A stretch of DNA of 26,882 nt from positions 1-26,882 of IMG/VR virus record IMGVR_UViG_3300032292_000873; one strand, given 5' to 3'. Position 1 is the first letter of the stretch. Each line of letters begins with the position of its first letter. The translations under genes were made by a program, and so were the position numbers. This DNA comes from a virus. Its lineage: Duplodnaviria; Caudoviricetes. Positions 15,535-24,122 of the stretch are shown here, piece after piece. The notes under the pieces were generated by a model. That model worked only from the letters and a program-made list of their open reading frames with translations, had not been told where the DNA came from and made no database searches.

Positions 15535-16248
15535 TTATTTACCAAATCGCTTCATCTTTGCACTTAATGCTCCTGGTCGTCTAGCTGGTTTAGCAACTGA
15601 CTTAACTACTATGTCTTCCGGCTTTTTTGGAGCTATCTCAATCTCAGTTATTTCAGGAGTTTCTTCAAGCTCAGCCAAGCTTTCGTTTGCCTCTTCGACT
15701 TCTTCTTGTAGTTCTTCGGTTTCCTCAGCAAGTTCTTCTTTAAGGTCCTTTATCTCTTCTACCAATTCTTCTATTCCTTTGGGTTTACCGTCATATTGAA
15801 TGAAGAAGTGTAGACAAGTCAATGAAATCAAGGGTAATAGTCCACCCTCAAGCAATGCAAGGACTCTCTTTTGAGATATGACGTTAGTTATGTCTACGCC
15901 TAATGAATCCATTACAGGTTCAGTCAATTCTACCCATTGTTTAAAAAACCTAGAAGTCTCGTCTATCTCAGTATAACTAAAATAGATGTTACCTATGAAT
16001 TGAATGAAGGTCACGATTAAAAAGACAAACCATACTGAAAATCCTTTTACTTTCACAGAAGCAGCCGCGATTGCAGACATTGCCGCTATCTCAACTGCTA
16101 TTGATAAGTATATAGCCCAGCTTATTGGGTTTGCTAGATCATACCAACTAACTACGTGAGATATCGAGATAGCTGCTACCGAAATTATCGGAATTAAGAA
16201 AGCTAGCTTGATGATCAGGTTTTGGTTCTTGTTAAACCAACTAGTCAT
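15535..16248 (-). CDS. Multi-pass membrane protein with acidic coiled coil and basic tail
   Basis: About 4 hydrophobic segments, followed by EELVEEIKDLKEELAEETEELQEE and a K/R-rich end. Confidence 0.8.
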   Translation of the reverse strand: MTSWFNKNQNLIIKLAFLIPIISVAAISISHVVSWYDLANPISWAIYLSIAVEIAAMSAIAAASVKVKGFSVWFVFLIVTFIQFIGNIYFSYTEIDETSRFFKQWVELTEPVMDSLGVDITNVISQKRVLALLEGGLLPLISLTCLHFFIQYDGKPKGIEELVEEIKDLKEELAEETEELQEEVEEANESLAELEETPEITEIEIAPKKPEDIVVKSVAKPARRPGALSAKMKRFGK

Positions 16249-16546
16249 TTGCTTCTATCTTATTTTTTACGTCAGATAGGCTACTTTTTCCCTTATCTAA
16301 ATCATCTTCATATATTAGATAGTTGAACATAGTTCTTTCCATTTCGTCTCTGACTTCCTTCTTAGTAGAAACAGTCTCTCTTAAAGAATCCAAAAGAGCT
16401 TGTGTCTTTTTTGAATCTTCTAAGTATTGTTTCTCTAATTTAGATACTCTAGAATAGGTACAGCCTTTCGCTAAATATAGGACTAACAAGATTGCTGTGC
16501 TAACCTTCCAGGCATGAGTCTTTAGTAATTCTAACCAGTTTTTCAT
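16241..16546 (-). CDS. Single-pass membrane protein with coiled coil
   Basis: N-terminal hydrophobic VSTAILLVLYLAKGC. Late motif upstream. Confidence 0.75.
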   Translation of the reverse strand: MKNWLELLKTHAWKVSTAILLVLYLAKGCTYSRVSKLEKQYLEDSKKTQALLDSLRETVSTKKEVRDEMERTMFNYLIYEDDLDKGKSSLSDVKNKIEAND

Positions 16547-16561
16547 GTCGTTTTATTTTTT

Positions 16562-16570
16562 TTATTTATC
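16562..16570 (-). promoter_or_regulatory. Late-promoter-like motif GATAAATAA
   Basis: Intergenic, ~16 nt upstream of ATG 16546. Confidence 0.72.
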
Positions 16571-17035
16571 TTACAGGATGATTGCTAACGCTGCACCGAC
16601 TGTTCCTAGAAACAAAACGGACAGGTAAGATATTCCCCAAATCACCTCTTTTTTGCTGAACTCGCGATCATTGAATCTGATCTGTAGGATATAGCCGTAA
16701 AACTCTTCGCTCTTGATTCTATCATAATCGACAGTTATCACGTCTAAGATTCCTTCCTTTGTTAAGAAGTCATTGTACTTAAGCATCTTTTCAGATATCA
16801 TCTTAAGTTCGACTGACTCTTGAGAGGTGTCTGAGTAGAGAAGCAGCTCAGGATTCAAGTTAATTCCCAAATATAGGTTTGCGTCTGAATCTGATCTAAA
16901 TCCTATTTCTTCAAGCTTACCAGCAGCATTGAGGTCATATATTATCTTCTTATATGTTTGATGCTTCCTAAACTCGTTTAGGTTTTTCTGTAGGGATTTT
17001 ACAACCCATAGTGGGTTTATTTTTTGTAGGATCAT
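16571..17035 (-). CDS. C-terminally anchored membrane protein
   Basis: Ends [28 protein letters not shown] overlap with the sigma factor stop. Confidence 0.75.
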   Translation of the reverse strand: MILQKINPLWVVKSLQKNLNEFRKHQTYKKIIYDLNAAGKLEEIGFRSDSDANLYLGINLNPELLLYSDTSQESVELKMISEKMLKYNDFLTKEGILDVITVDYDRIKSEEFYGYILQIRFNDREFSKKEVIWGISYLSVLFLGTVGAALAIIL

Positions 17036-17655
17036 AGTAATGCCTTTATTTTTTCTTCGAATTGAGGATTTTTCTTAAGTATAGATACTCTTAAGTCAGA
17101 CCTAATCTTTCTAAGCTTGGTCTTGACGGTGTTTTCGTTCATCTCGTACTTTACGGCGATGTCCTTTACTTTCTTGTTTTTGATCATCTTGTCGACGGCT
17201 ATCCCCTTTAATACTGGGTCATGTATCTCATGTATTTCTGAGATTGTCGTGTTGTAGATCATGTCTAGGTCGCCTGCACTAACCTTGACTTCGTCAAAGT
17301 CATCAGGCCTTTCGATCTTATGCTGGATGAGATCGATATCGTAATGAGAGTTTTTCTTTTGATGGTACAGATAGAATAGGGTCTCGTTCCTAGCTATCGT
17401 GTATATCCATGTAGTGAACCTGCCTTTCTCATAGTTAAATTGGCATATGTTCTTAAAGATTTTCTTAAGAGTCCACTGTAGGGCCTCTTCTGTGTCAAGA
17501 TCGTTTTTACAAAACTTCCAAATGAAATATTTTAGCTTTGGATAGATGAGGCTAGCTAGCTCATTTCTATCTGATTCTTTTACGTCGCTTAATAGTAGTC
17601 TTTCGGATAATTCTTGGATTCTTGCATTAGTTTTAGCGTTGGTTTGTTCGTTCAT
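17032..17655 (-). CDS. RNA polymerase sigma-70 family factor, ECF-like
   Basis: Region 2 ([14 protein letters not shown]...[14 protein letters not shown]) and region 4 HTH ([24 protein letters not shown]). Confidence 0.92.
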   Translation of the reverse strand: MNEQTNAKTNARIQELSERLLLSDVKESDRNELASLIYPKLKYFIWKFCKNDLDTEEALQWTLKKIFKNICQFNYEKGRFTTWIYTIARNETLFYLYHQKKNSHYDIDLIQHKIERPDDFDEVKVSAGDLDMIYNTTISEIHEIHDPVLKGIAVDKMIKNKKVKDIAVKYEMNENTVKTKLRKIRSDLRVSILKKNPQFEEKIKALL

Positions 17656-17656
17656 A

Positions 17657-17965
17657 TTAGTTTACTTCCATTTTTTTGCTGTTTATTGAGTTAATCATTT
17701 TCAAACACTTTGCACACTTTTCATACTCCTCAAGCTCTTCATAAAATGAGATTGCTTTCTCCAGCCCATTCACAAACTTTTCTTGCGAAAGGTTTATTGT
17801 GTAAATGTCGTCATTGATGCTTATCTTTACGATTGTAGTCTCAGTCTTTTCAAAGTCTTCGTAAGACTCTTCGATTGAGTTGATAAGGTTGTCATAAATC
17901 ACCTTTTTGTGGTGGTTAAACACTTCGTCTAACGTGATGTCACCTTGAAATTTTAGAGTCTTCAT
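17657..17965 (-). CDS. Small protein with C-terminal UVR-like helical hairpin
   Basis: [24 protein letters not shown] resembles the UvrB/C interaction motif (A...E.YE.AA). Confidence 0.65.
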   Translation of the reverse strand: MKTLKFQGDITLDEVFNHHKKVIYDNLINSIEESYEDFEKTETTIVKISINDDIYTINLSQEKFVNGLEKAISFYEELEEYEKCAKCLKMINSINSKKMEVN

Positions 17966-17983
17966 AGATTTTTGTTTGGCACA

Positions 17984-17997
17984 AGACTATAATACTA
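17984..17997 (-). promoter_or_regulatory. 14-bp motif TAGTATTATAGTCT (copy 2)
   Basis: Identical to 6149-6162. Lies in the 40-nt gap between terL and the sigma operon. Confidence 0.6.
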
Positions 17998-18005
17998 AGA
18001 TTGTC

Positions 18006-19985
18006 CTAATCTTTAAAAAATTTGGAGTTAATTCTTTTCATTTTTTCCAAAGACTCTAGATCGAAAACGTTGGATGCGTTTGCCTTATTTGATTCTGCCT
18101 TGTTTGAGGGTGCGTTTACCTGTCGTAAAGTATCATAATCATATAAAGGTTTGGTAGACCCTGTCCTAAAAAGACTAAATATCTTTTCTTCTACTTCCTT
18201 ACGATAGTCTTCACTCGTTGCCTCATAGGTGGCTATCGATAGGTCCCACATTTGAGAAGATTCAAAGACTGGAGCCAAGTTGACGCTTGTCATAGCTAAG
18301 TCATCGTTTCCGTTTTGTCCCCTATAAGTTCCGCCCTTAGATCTTCCGAAGGACATTAGCTCTGCGATGGTCAAATAATCGTTTGGAATTATCCTAATTA
18401 CTTCAATCAGGTATTTGAACTTTTCACAATACTTTATCTTATTAGTAGGGCCAAGTCTTATTCCAGGCTTTGCTTGCGCTGCCATTTCTGTGTGTTTAGT
18501 GTGGATTAGCTGGGAGTTCCAAAACTCTTCGTTATCGGCAAGCCTGTTCTTTATTATCTCTCCCTTATGATTCATCTCCAATACTATTCTTACCTTTTCG
18601 GGATTAAACAGATCGTATGTGATGTATTCAACGGCCGCTGCAAACTGGTTGACATCGACTTCATTGGTCCTAAATGTTGCGACTTGAATCAATGAGACAG
18701 TGTCCTGTTCACCGCGAATAGCTTCTCTCTTTTTAACGAGTTCTTTTACAGGTAGAGCGACTGCCTTGTATATGTTGAGTACAGAATAGTCTCCTCCGAC
18801 TCCGTCTGCAGTATCCACAGAAAACACATAAAATGCAGGATCGTTTTTGTATTCGAGAGGACTGCGTTTGGCATAGCTAGGATGGACAGTAAAATAGTCA
18901 TTGATCCACTGTCTTTCTTCGCTCAACATAAAAGAGGTGTTTACATAGTTTGCTCTTATTCCATACAACCTTTTTAGCTCGTTAGAATTAAGGAGCAATT
19001 GGTCTGATGAGAAGAACTGTAGACCATACTCTTGGTTAAAGTCTTCAACCGATCCCATGTTCGCGATGACTTTTTGTTTCCACTCTTCATCGCGACCCTT
19101 AACCTGCCACCAGTCTACTCTTAAAGGAACGTATTCGCTTATTCCGCCTATCGCATCTTGCCAGATCTCATAGAACTTATTTCTACCGTTTGGCGTAGAG
19201 GTTATGATGACCTTTGCATTAGGGTCAGCCGTGATTGTAGGTAAGATTGCTCGATAGAATTCGTCTAAGTTAGCCTCGTTGATGTGGGCAAACTCATCGA
19301 TGTATAGCAAGTTAACAGTAAGACCGATACCTGATTTCTTAGTAGTCGTTCTACCAACGATACGACTATCGTTATCGAACTTGATGTTTCCTGAGTTAAT
19401 GTGCTTGATTCCAGGTTTCATAAAGAACGGAAGACCGTCTAAACAGATCCTAAACTTGTCTAATAGCTCTCGAGTAGTAGTAAAGTTATCGGCAACGACA
19501 AGAGCAGTCTTTTCTGCATGGAACAATAGGAACCATAAGATGAAGATTGCTGAGGTCACCGATTTACCAGTCTGACGACTAGCCATTAGGATGTTGTACT
19601 TGTTTCCTTTAAATGAGGTGAGGATCTCTTCCTGAAAGTCTCTCAATCCTGGAGTGTCCTTAATAAACTTTATTCCGTCATCTGTTTGAATCTTACAAAA
19701 GTTTACTGCAAAATAGAGAAGATCGTACTTGCAACGCTTCATCATTTCCCATTCTTCAGGCGTGTATTCAAAGGGTAGGTTTGCGCGTTTTAAAGAAATG
19801 TCATTGTCTTTAAATGGAGAGTTATGGATTCCTTTGATATCGAATCCCTCATTCTCAATCTCATCCAATAGCTTATTGATTCTAACTGTCGTCCATACCG
19901 ATGTGTTAGTATCTTCATCGCCACCAGACATTGATGATATTCTTCTTGGAGTAAACGCACCCCTATTTGACATTATATCTTTCAT
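18006..19985 (-). CDS. terL: Terminase large subunit (T4 gp17-like)
   Basis: LRDFQ adenine-binding motif, Walker A ASRQTGKS, Walker B LLYIDEFAH, coupling motif ITSTPNG, FNQEYG, and nuclease motifs VDTADGVGGDYS and NDDLAM. Confidence 0.97.
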   Translation of the reverse strand: MKDIMSNRGAFTPRRISSMSGGDEDTNTSVWTTVRINKLLDEIENEGFDIKGIHNSPFKDNDISLKRANLPFEYTPEEWEMMKRCKYDLLYFAVNFCKIQTDDGIKFIKDTPGLRDFQEEILTSFKGNKYNILMASRQTGKSVTSAIFILWFLLFHAEKTALVVADNFTTTRELLDKFRICLDGLPFFMKPGIKHINSGNIKFDNDSRIVGRTTTKKSGIGLTVNLLYIDEFAHINEANLDEFYRAILPTITADPNAKVIITSTPNGRNKFYEIWQDAIGGISEYVPLRVDWWQVKGRDEEWKQKVIANMGSVEDFNQEYGLQFFSSDQLLLNSNELKRLYGIRANYVNTSFMLSEERQWINDYFTVHPSYAKRSPLEYKNDPAFYVFSVDTADGVGGDYSVLNIYKAVALPVKELVKKREAIRGEQDTVSLIQVATFRTNEVDVNQFAAAVEYITYDLFNPEKVRIVLEMNHKGEIIKNRLADNEEFWNSQLIHTKHTEMAAQAKPGIRLGPTNKIKYCEKFKYLIEVIRIIPNDYLTIAELMSFGRSKGGTYRGQNGNDDLAMTSVNLAPVFESSQMWDLSIATYEATSEDYRKEVEEKIFSLFRTGSTKPLYDYDTLRQVNAPSNKAESNKANASNVFDLESLEKMKRINSKFFKD

Positions 19986-19989
19986 CGAC

Positions 19990-20724
19990 TTAGAGTATTT
20001 CGTTAAGGTCTATAAAATCGTCGCTTTCATCATCCTCTTGGATCTGAATGTTTCTTTCACGCATCAGATCGGCTTTCTTAGTAGGATCGATTAGGCTGCC
20101 AGTAGGAACTTGAGTTCCTTCAGTCTTTGGTTCAGAAGGTAAGCTCTTTATTAGGTTTTTAGTACCGACAGTGATAAAGAACTGGCCTTCTTCTGGACTA
20201 GAACCTATCTGTTGAGAATCCGGGTTCACAGGAGCCTCACTATTTAGCTTCCTATAAGTATCTTCTAGAAATAGAACATAGTTCGCCTGCATCTTCGTGA
20301 TAGACGCCATTTTGTCTTGTAACTGACCCATGACTTCAATCAACCTAGGATGAGTGTTTCCGGAAGTTATTTCCTCCATCACCTTGATTATTGTGATCTT
20401 AATCGTCTTTAATTGAAAGAAAAGGTTTGAGATGTTTATGGTGTCAAGCTCCTTCTTGTGTTTCGCATAATCGTTTTCTTCAAAGATCCCAACGTCAACA
20501 AAATTCTTGAATAAAGAATCGGTTATCTGCCTAGCCTTTTTGGTGAACTGATTACTCATCTCCTCAAAGTCATATGGGCTTTCTTTTTTTGTCTGCTCTG
20601 AAACGACGTCATCTACTACCATGTCAGTGTGTGTTTCCTGACCTATTGCGCTAAGTAGACTGCTTATCTCGTCTTTCAAGTGGCGACGGTTTTCTGGGCT
20701 CATGCCGCTTTTTCCTTTGGCCAT
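19990..20724 (-). CDS. terS: Terminase small subunit (T4 gp16-like)
   Basis: Immediately upstream of terL. HPRLIEVMGQL and FITVGTKNLIKSL match the gp16-like HPRayEV..ql and fvGst.eL motifs. Confidence 0.75.
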   Translation of the reverse strand: MAKGKSGMSPENRRHLKDEISSLLSAIGQETHTDMVVDDVVSEQTKKESPYDFEEMSNQFTKKARQITDSLFKNFVDVGIFEENDYAKHKKELDTINISNLFFQLKTIKITIIKVMEEITSGNTHPRLIEVMGQLQDKMASITKMQANYVLFLEDTYRKLNSEAPVNPDSQQIGSSPEEGQFFITVGTKNLIKSLPSEPKTEGTQVPTGSLIDPTKKADLMRERNIQIQEDDESDDFIDLNEIL

Positions 20725-20731
20725 ACGTTTA

Positions 20732-20977
20732 TTATCTTATCTTGTTTTCGTGTTTATCTAGCGCAGGGTTAGCAAAAATCTTTATCTGTTTTACTGACTC
20801 TGCCCATTCATAAACTATTTTATCTAACTGTCCTATAAAATAGTCTAGGTTATCATTTACTCCAAACATATAAGATGAAATGGAGTTTTTCATGATCTTA
20901 TCCTTGTAATCGTAACCAGTATTAAGCCTTTGTTCTTTTCTGGTGTAAATCGGTCTAAATATGCTGTCTTTTACCAT
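20732..20977 (-). CDS. Hypothetical protein
   Basis: 81-aa ORF tightly filling the gap between the baseplate wedge gene and terS. Confidence 0.7.
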   Translation of the reverse strand: MVKDSIFRPIYTRKEQRLNTGYDYKDKIMKNSISSYMFGVNDNLDYFIGQLDKIVYEWAESVKQIKIFANPALDKHENKIR

Positions 20978-20978
20978 G

Positions 20979-22637
20979 TTAAGCCTCCTTTCTTCCTATT
21001 ATTTCTTTTATCTGTATGTTGACTGGTCCTAGTGCGTTCTCAGTTATTCCAGTAGAATATACGTTTCCGTAACGGTCAGTGAATCCTCCTCTAACTAAAG
21101 GTAGTTCTTTTTCTGATATTATCATGTCATTGAATTCATCGACTCCAATATCAGTAGCGTTTGGATTTTCAATTTTAGATATTTCGTTTTTCTTACAAAC
21201 GATTGTTATCGCGACTGAGTCTACGCCGTTAATCTCTTCTATTATCTTTATTATGTCACTCTTTGGAATACGATTCCTTCTAGTAGTTTGTATAAAGAAC
21301 GTTGCTATGTTATTTAAGATGTCTCTTTTTATTATGTCTGTAGTAACGTCATCGTATGCGATTATTGAGACGTTTATGACATACTCACTAGGAATAGGGT
21401 CAATTATTTGGATGTCAGTAGATATTAACTTGCTTCCACACTTCTCTATGTATTGTAAAAGGGAGTTCTTTTGGAAATCGCTCATTATGAACTTATCTAT
21501 GTTTGCGCTAAAATAGTCCTGAGGATTAGTAAAAGTCTTACGTATGTCTGGGACTAAGAAAAGGTTGATGACTCTGTTGTCTAACTCATTCAAGTAAACC
21601 TGAATTATTGAGAAAAGCTTTAGCCTTCTAAGAACGCTCTCATAGTGGTCAACGTTTACTAAGGCAAAGCTCTTGGACTGTCTAGGTGCAAGCAGTTTAG
21701 TCAATTGAGAATCTTCTGGATTTACTCCAAAAAATGGAGGATTCGTTGTCGCGATCTCAATAAACTCATTTAGATCGATCTCATCGCCTAGGATGCTAAA
21801 GCCAGTGTCTACAAAATCGAACTTTACTGAATTGACATCGTCCGTTCTTATGTTACCTAGCACTCCATCGTTTATTATGTACTCCACGATTATTTCAGAA
21901 CCCTTAGGTGGAATCTTTCCATAGTTATAGTTTCCAAAGTATATGTCTAATCCGCTAGTTATTCCAGTCTTTGCGATAAACCCGTTCTCGTTTCTTGGCA
22001 TGTCTAGAATCGATTCATACTTTTTCCACTTTTCTCCATTAACATAAACGTTAACATAAAAGTTATCGATGTGGAAGTTTTGAGGACTACCTATTGAGAA
22101 ACTAGTAACTGGTAAACCTGTACCTGTAACCGTTTGCTTTTCAACAGTTCCTTGTCGTATCGCTAGTTTCAAACCGTTGCTTGAACCATTGAAGTTAAAC
22201 TTGATCTCGTCTTGAGGAAGATCGATGACATAAGGCAAACCGTTATTTAAACAACGAATCTTGGTGAGGTTTGGGATAATTACAAGATCGGACGGAAATT
22301 CAGTCTCTCCTGCAAGTATGGATAGACTTATTTCTCCAGTCGCTGACACTGATCTACTTGGATTATGTCCAGCCAATGATGCTAATGAATAGATCGATGT
22401 TAGACGAGTTGCTTCGTTAACGTTTAACTCTGTTATCGAGTCTTCGATGTAATAGAAAATCAATTGAGTTAGGTTTTCTGTTACCAATAATAACTGACCA
22501 AATGGTGAGGCTGACGTAAATATGTTTCGACTCTGACTAAATCTAGCAGTTAAGGTGTTTATCGTCTGACCCAATATGTCTTGAATATAGGTAGAAAGTC
22601 TGTTTAATACCTTGAAATTATCAGTAGCGCTTGCCAT
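20979..22637 (-). CDS. Baseplate wedge subunit (T4 gp6 / baseplate J-like)
   Basis: EATRLTSIYSLASLAGHNPSRSVSATG, IYFGNYNYGKIPPKGSEIIVEY and ALVNVDHYE are gp6-type motifs. Confidence 0.88.
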   Translation of the reverse strand: MASATDNFKVLNRLSTYIQDILGQTINTLTARFSQSRNIFTSASPFGQLLLVTENLTQLIFYYIEDSITELNVNEATRLTSIYSLASLAGHNPSRSVSATGEISLSILAGETEFPSDLVIIPNLTKIRCLNNGLPYVIDLPQDEIKFNFNGSSNGLKLAIRQGTVEKQTVTGTGLPVTSFSIGSPQNFHIDNFYVNVYVNGEKWKKYESILDMPRNENGFIAKTGITSGLDIYFGNYNYGKIPPKGSEIIVEYIINDGVLGNIRTDDVNSVKFDFVDTGFSILGDEIDLNEFIEIATTNPPFFGVNPEDSQLTKLLAPRQSKSFALVNVDHYESVLRRLKLFSIIQVYLNELDNRVINLFLVPDIRKTFTNPQDYFSANIDKFIMSDFQKNSLLQYIEKCGSKLISTDIQIIDPIPSEYVINVSIIAYDDVTTDIIKRDILNNIATFFIQTTRRNRIPKSDIIKIIEEINGVDSVAITIVCKKNEISKIENPNATDIGVDEFNDMIISEKELPLVRGGFTDRYGNVYSTGITENALGPVNIQIKEIIGRKEA

Positions 22638-22655
22638 CTAGTGTCTAAATTTATT

Positions 22656-22664
22656 TTATTTATC
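22656..22664 (-). promoter_or_regulatory. Late-promoter-like motif GATAAATAA (leftward of divergent pair)
   Basis: ~19 nt upstream of the baseplate wedge ATG 22637. Confidence 0.75.
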
Positions 22665-22719
22665 CTCCTTAGAAAAGAACAAAACTATACCTTTTAATAC
22701 TCTAACCTAATTTTAATAA

Positions 22720-22728
22720 GATAAATAA
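22720..22728 (+). promoter_or_regulatory. Late-promoter-like motif GATAAATAA (rightward of divergent pair)
   Basis: ~16 nt upstream of ATG 22744. The motif flips strand together with gene orientation. Confidence 0.75.
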
Positions 22729-22743
22729 CTCAAAGACGTTACT

Positions 22744-24060
22744 ATGTTTAAGTCACTAGATAATAAAAGTGTTTATGAGAGCGTAAAGCTTTCCTTTAAT
22801 TTTGACTTCTTTTCTCCTCTTTCAAGAAAAGATGCGGCTTCTAAGTTAGCAAAAGCTTTAGGAGTAAAGGTGATGTGGTCCAATAAAATGGCAAAGGCAT
22901 ACGAGTCTAACGAAGGACAGTTTAAACTAGAACCCACATATTCTAAAGGATATAAGGAGCTTTCCTTTTCAACTAAGTTTTTACCTTATAACGAAGCAGT
23001 TCACCTTTTTTTAAAGGCCATGAACGTGATAGACGAGATCGGCTTTACTACCGATCGTTGTGGAGTAAAGACTTCAATCTTAATGAATGAAAAAAGCCTA
23101 GGACTAGGAACAGGATTAGATAAACTAAATCGTTTAAAATACCTAATTAGTCTTAATGAAAAACAGATATTTGAATGGTGGCCACAATCTGAAAACGATT
23201 CAAAGCTAGTATATCAAGGCCAATTGAAACACATAAAGATCAAAAGAGCATATGAGACTATGATCTCTACTAAACTTTTAGAACGACTTGATCCACACCA
23301 CCTAATTTTATCTGAATCAGAGTTTTTCGGAAACGATTTTTCAAACCTAGGTAAAAAGATCATTTCTATAAACTATATAGGAGGAAAGTCATATACTAAA
23401 AAGAAAAGAGAATCAGTAGACACAATAAACCTAGTGATAGAAAATCTATATGCTACTCTAAAAGAGAATCTAAGATATTCTGAAAAGGAACAATCTAAGA
23501 TAGAGGAACTTTCAAAGTCTTTACAAGAAGCATTAAACAAGACTAGATCTTATACTAGCTTTAAGTCAGCTTTTCCAAATGCCTCATTATCAATGGACCT
23601 AAGGATGGATGAAATGCTAATCGAGTCACAGTATTCAACGATGCGAGAGAGATTATTTGAATTCGCAGCGGCTGGCGGAATAGATGAAGCTGCGTTTAAT
23701 TGGGATTCTAAAAGAAAAAAGTTTCAAGTAAAGGGTGCAAAGTTTGAAAACAACCTAATGGTAGAGAATGCTGAATTCTTCGATTGTAAGATTGAAGGTG
23801 AACTAAAAAACTGTCTGGTTGAGAGCAGCATACTCAGAAACTCAAAACTAGTTGATTGTATAGTCCACTCAAATAACTTGATAAAGTTTTCAAAGCTATA
23901 TGAATGTGAATACTTAGGAGGAGCAAATGAGATTGCATCTAGCTTTCTAGAAAATTCCGAAAAACTGCCAATCACGGCAGATCTAAGAGAATGTTTAGTA
24001 TATCGAGGTAAACTTTCTTTGCTGGCAACGTTCGATTCTTCGACCAAGATAATCGAATAA
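22744..24060 (+). CDS. Degenerate amidoligase (COOH-NH2 ligase, glutamine synthetase-like fold) with C-terminal beta-helix-like repeats
   Basis: LSFNFDF, FKLEPTYS, GFTTDRCGVKTSI and ISINYIGGKSY align in order with amidoligase GfEfE, .epD.S, T...cg.Hvhis and iEfR..GG..Y, but the catalytic residues are substituted. Periodic C-terminus (FFDCKIEGELKNCLVESSILRNSKLVDC). Confidence 0.6.
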   Translation: MFKSLDNKSVYESVKLSFNFDFFSPLSRKDAASKLAKALGVKVMWSNKMAKAYESNEGQFKLEPTYSKGYKELSFSTKFLPYNEAVHLFLKAMNVIDEIGFTTDRCGVKTSILMNEKSLGLGTGLDKLNRLKYLISLNEKQIFEWWPQSENDSKLVYQGQLKHIKIKRAYETMISTKLLERLDPHHLILSESEFFGNDFSNLGKKIISINYIGGKSYTKKKRESVDTINLVIENLYATLKENLRYSEKEQSKIEELSKSLQEALNKTRSYTSFKSAFPNASLSMDLRMDEMLIESQYSTMRERLFEFAAAGGIDEAAFNWDSKRKKFQVKGAKFENNLMVENAEFFDCKIEGELKNCLVESSILRNSKLVDCIVHSNNLIKFSKLYECEYLGGANEIASSFLENSEKLPITADLRECLVYRGKLSLLATFDSSTKIIE

Positions 24061-24092
24061 TCTGTTTTACACGACAGGCGCCTTAATTGGCA

Positions 24093-24101
24093 AATAAATA
24101 A
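24093..24101 (+). promoter_or_regulatory. Late-promoter-like variant AATAAATAA
   Basis: Intergenic, ~22 nt upstream of ATG 24123. Confidence 0.55.
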
Positions 24102-24122
24102 AAAAAATAACAGCACAGGAAG

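Noticed and set aside
16241-16546. Possible lipobox (LAKGC) making the 101-aa protein an o-spanin
   Set aside because: Lys within the box and the long N-region fit poorly. Left as a generic membrane protein.
18006-19985. Intein or intron in the long terL
   Set aside because: ATPase and nuclease motifs are in one frame with near-normal spacing. No intein termini or homing endonuclease motifs seen.
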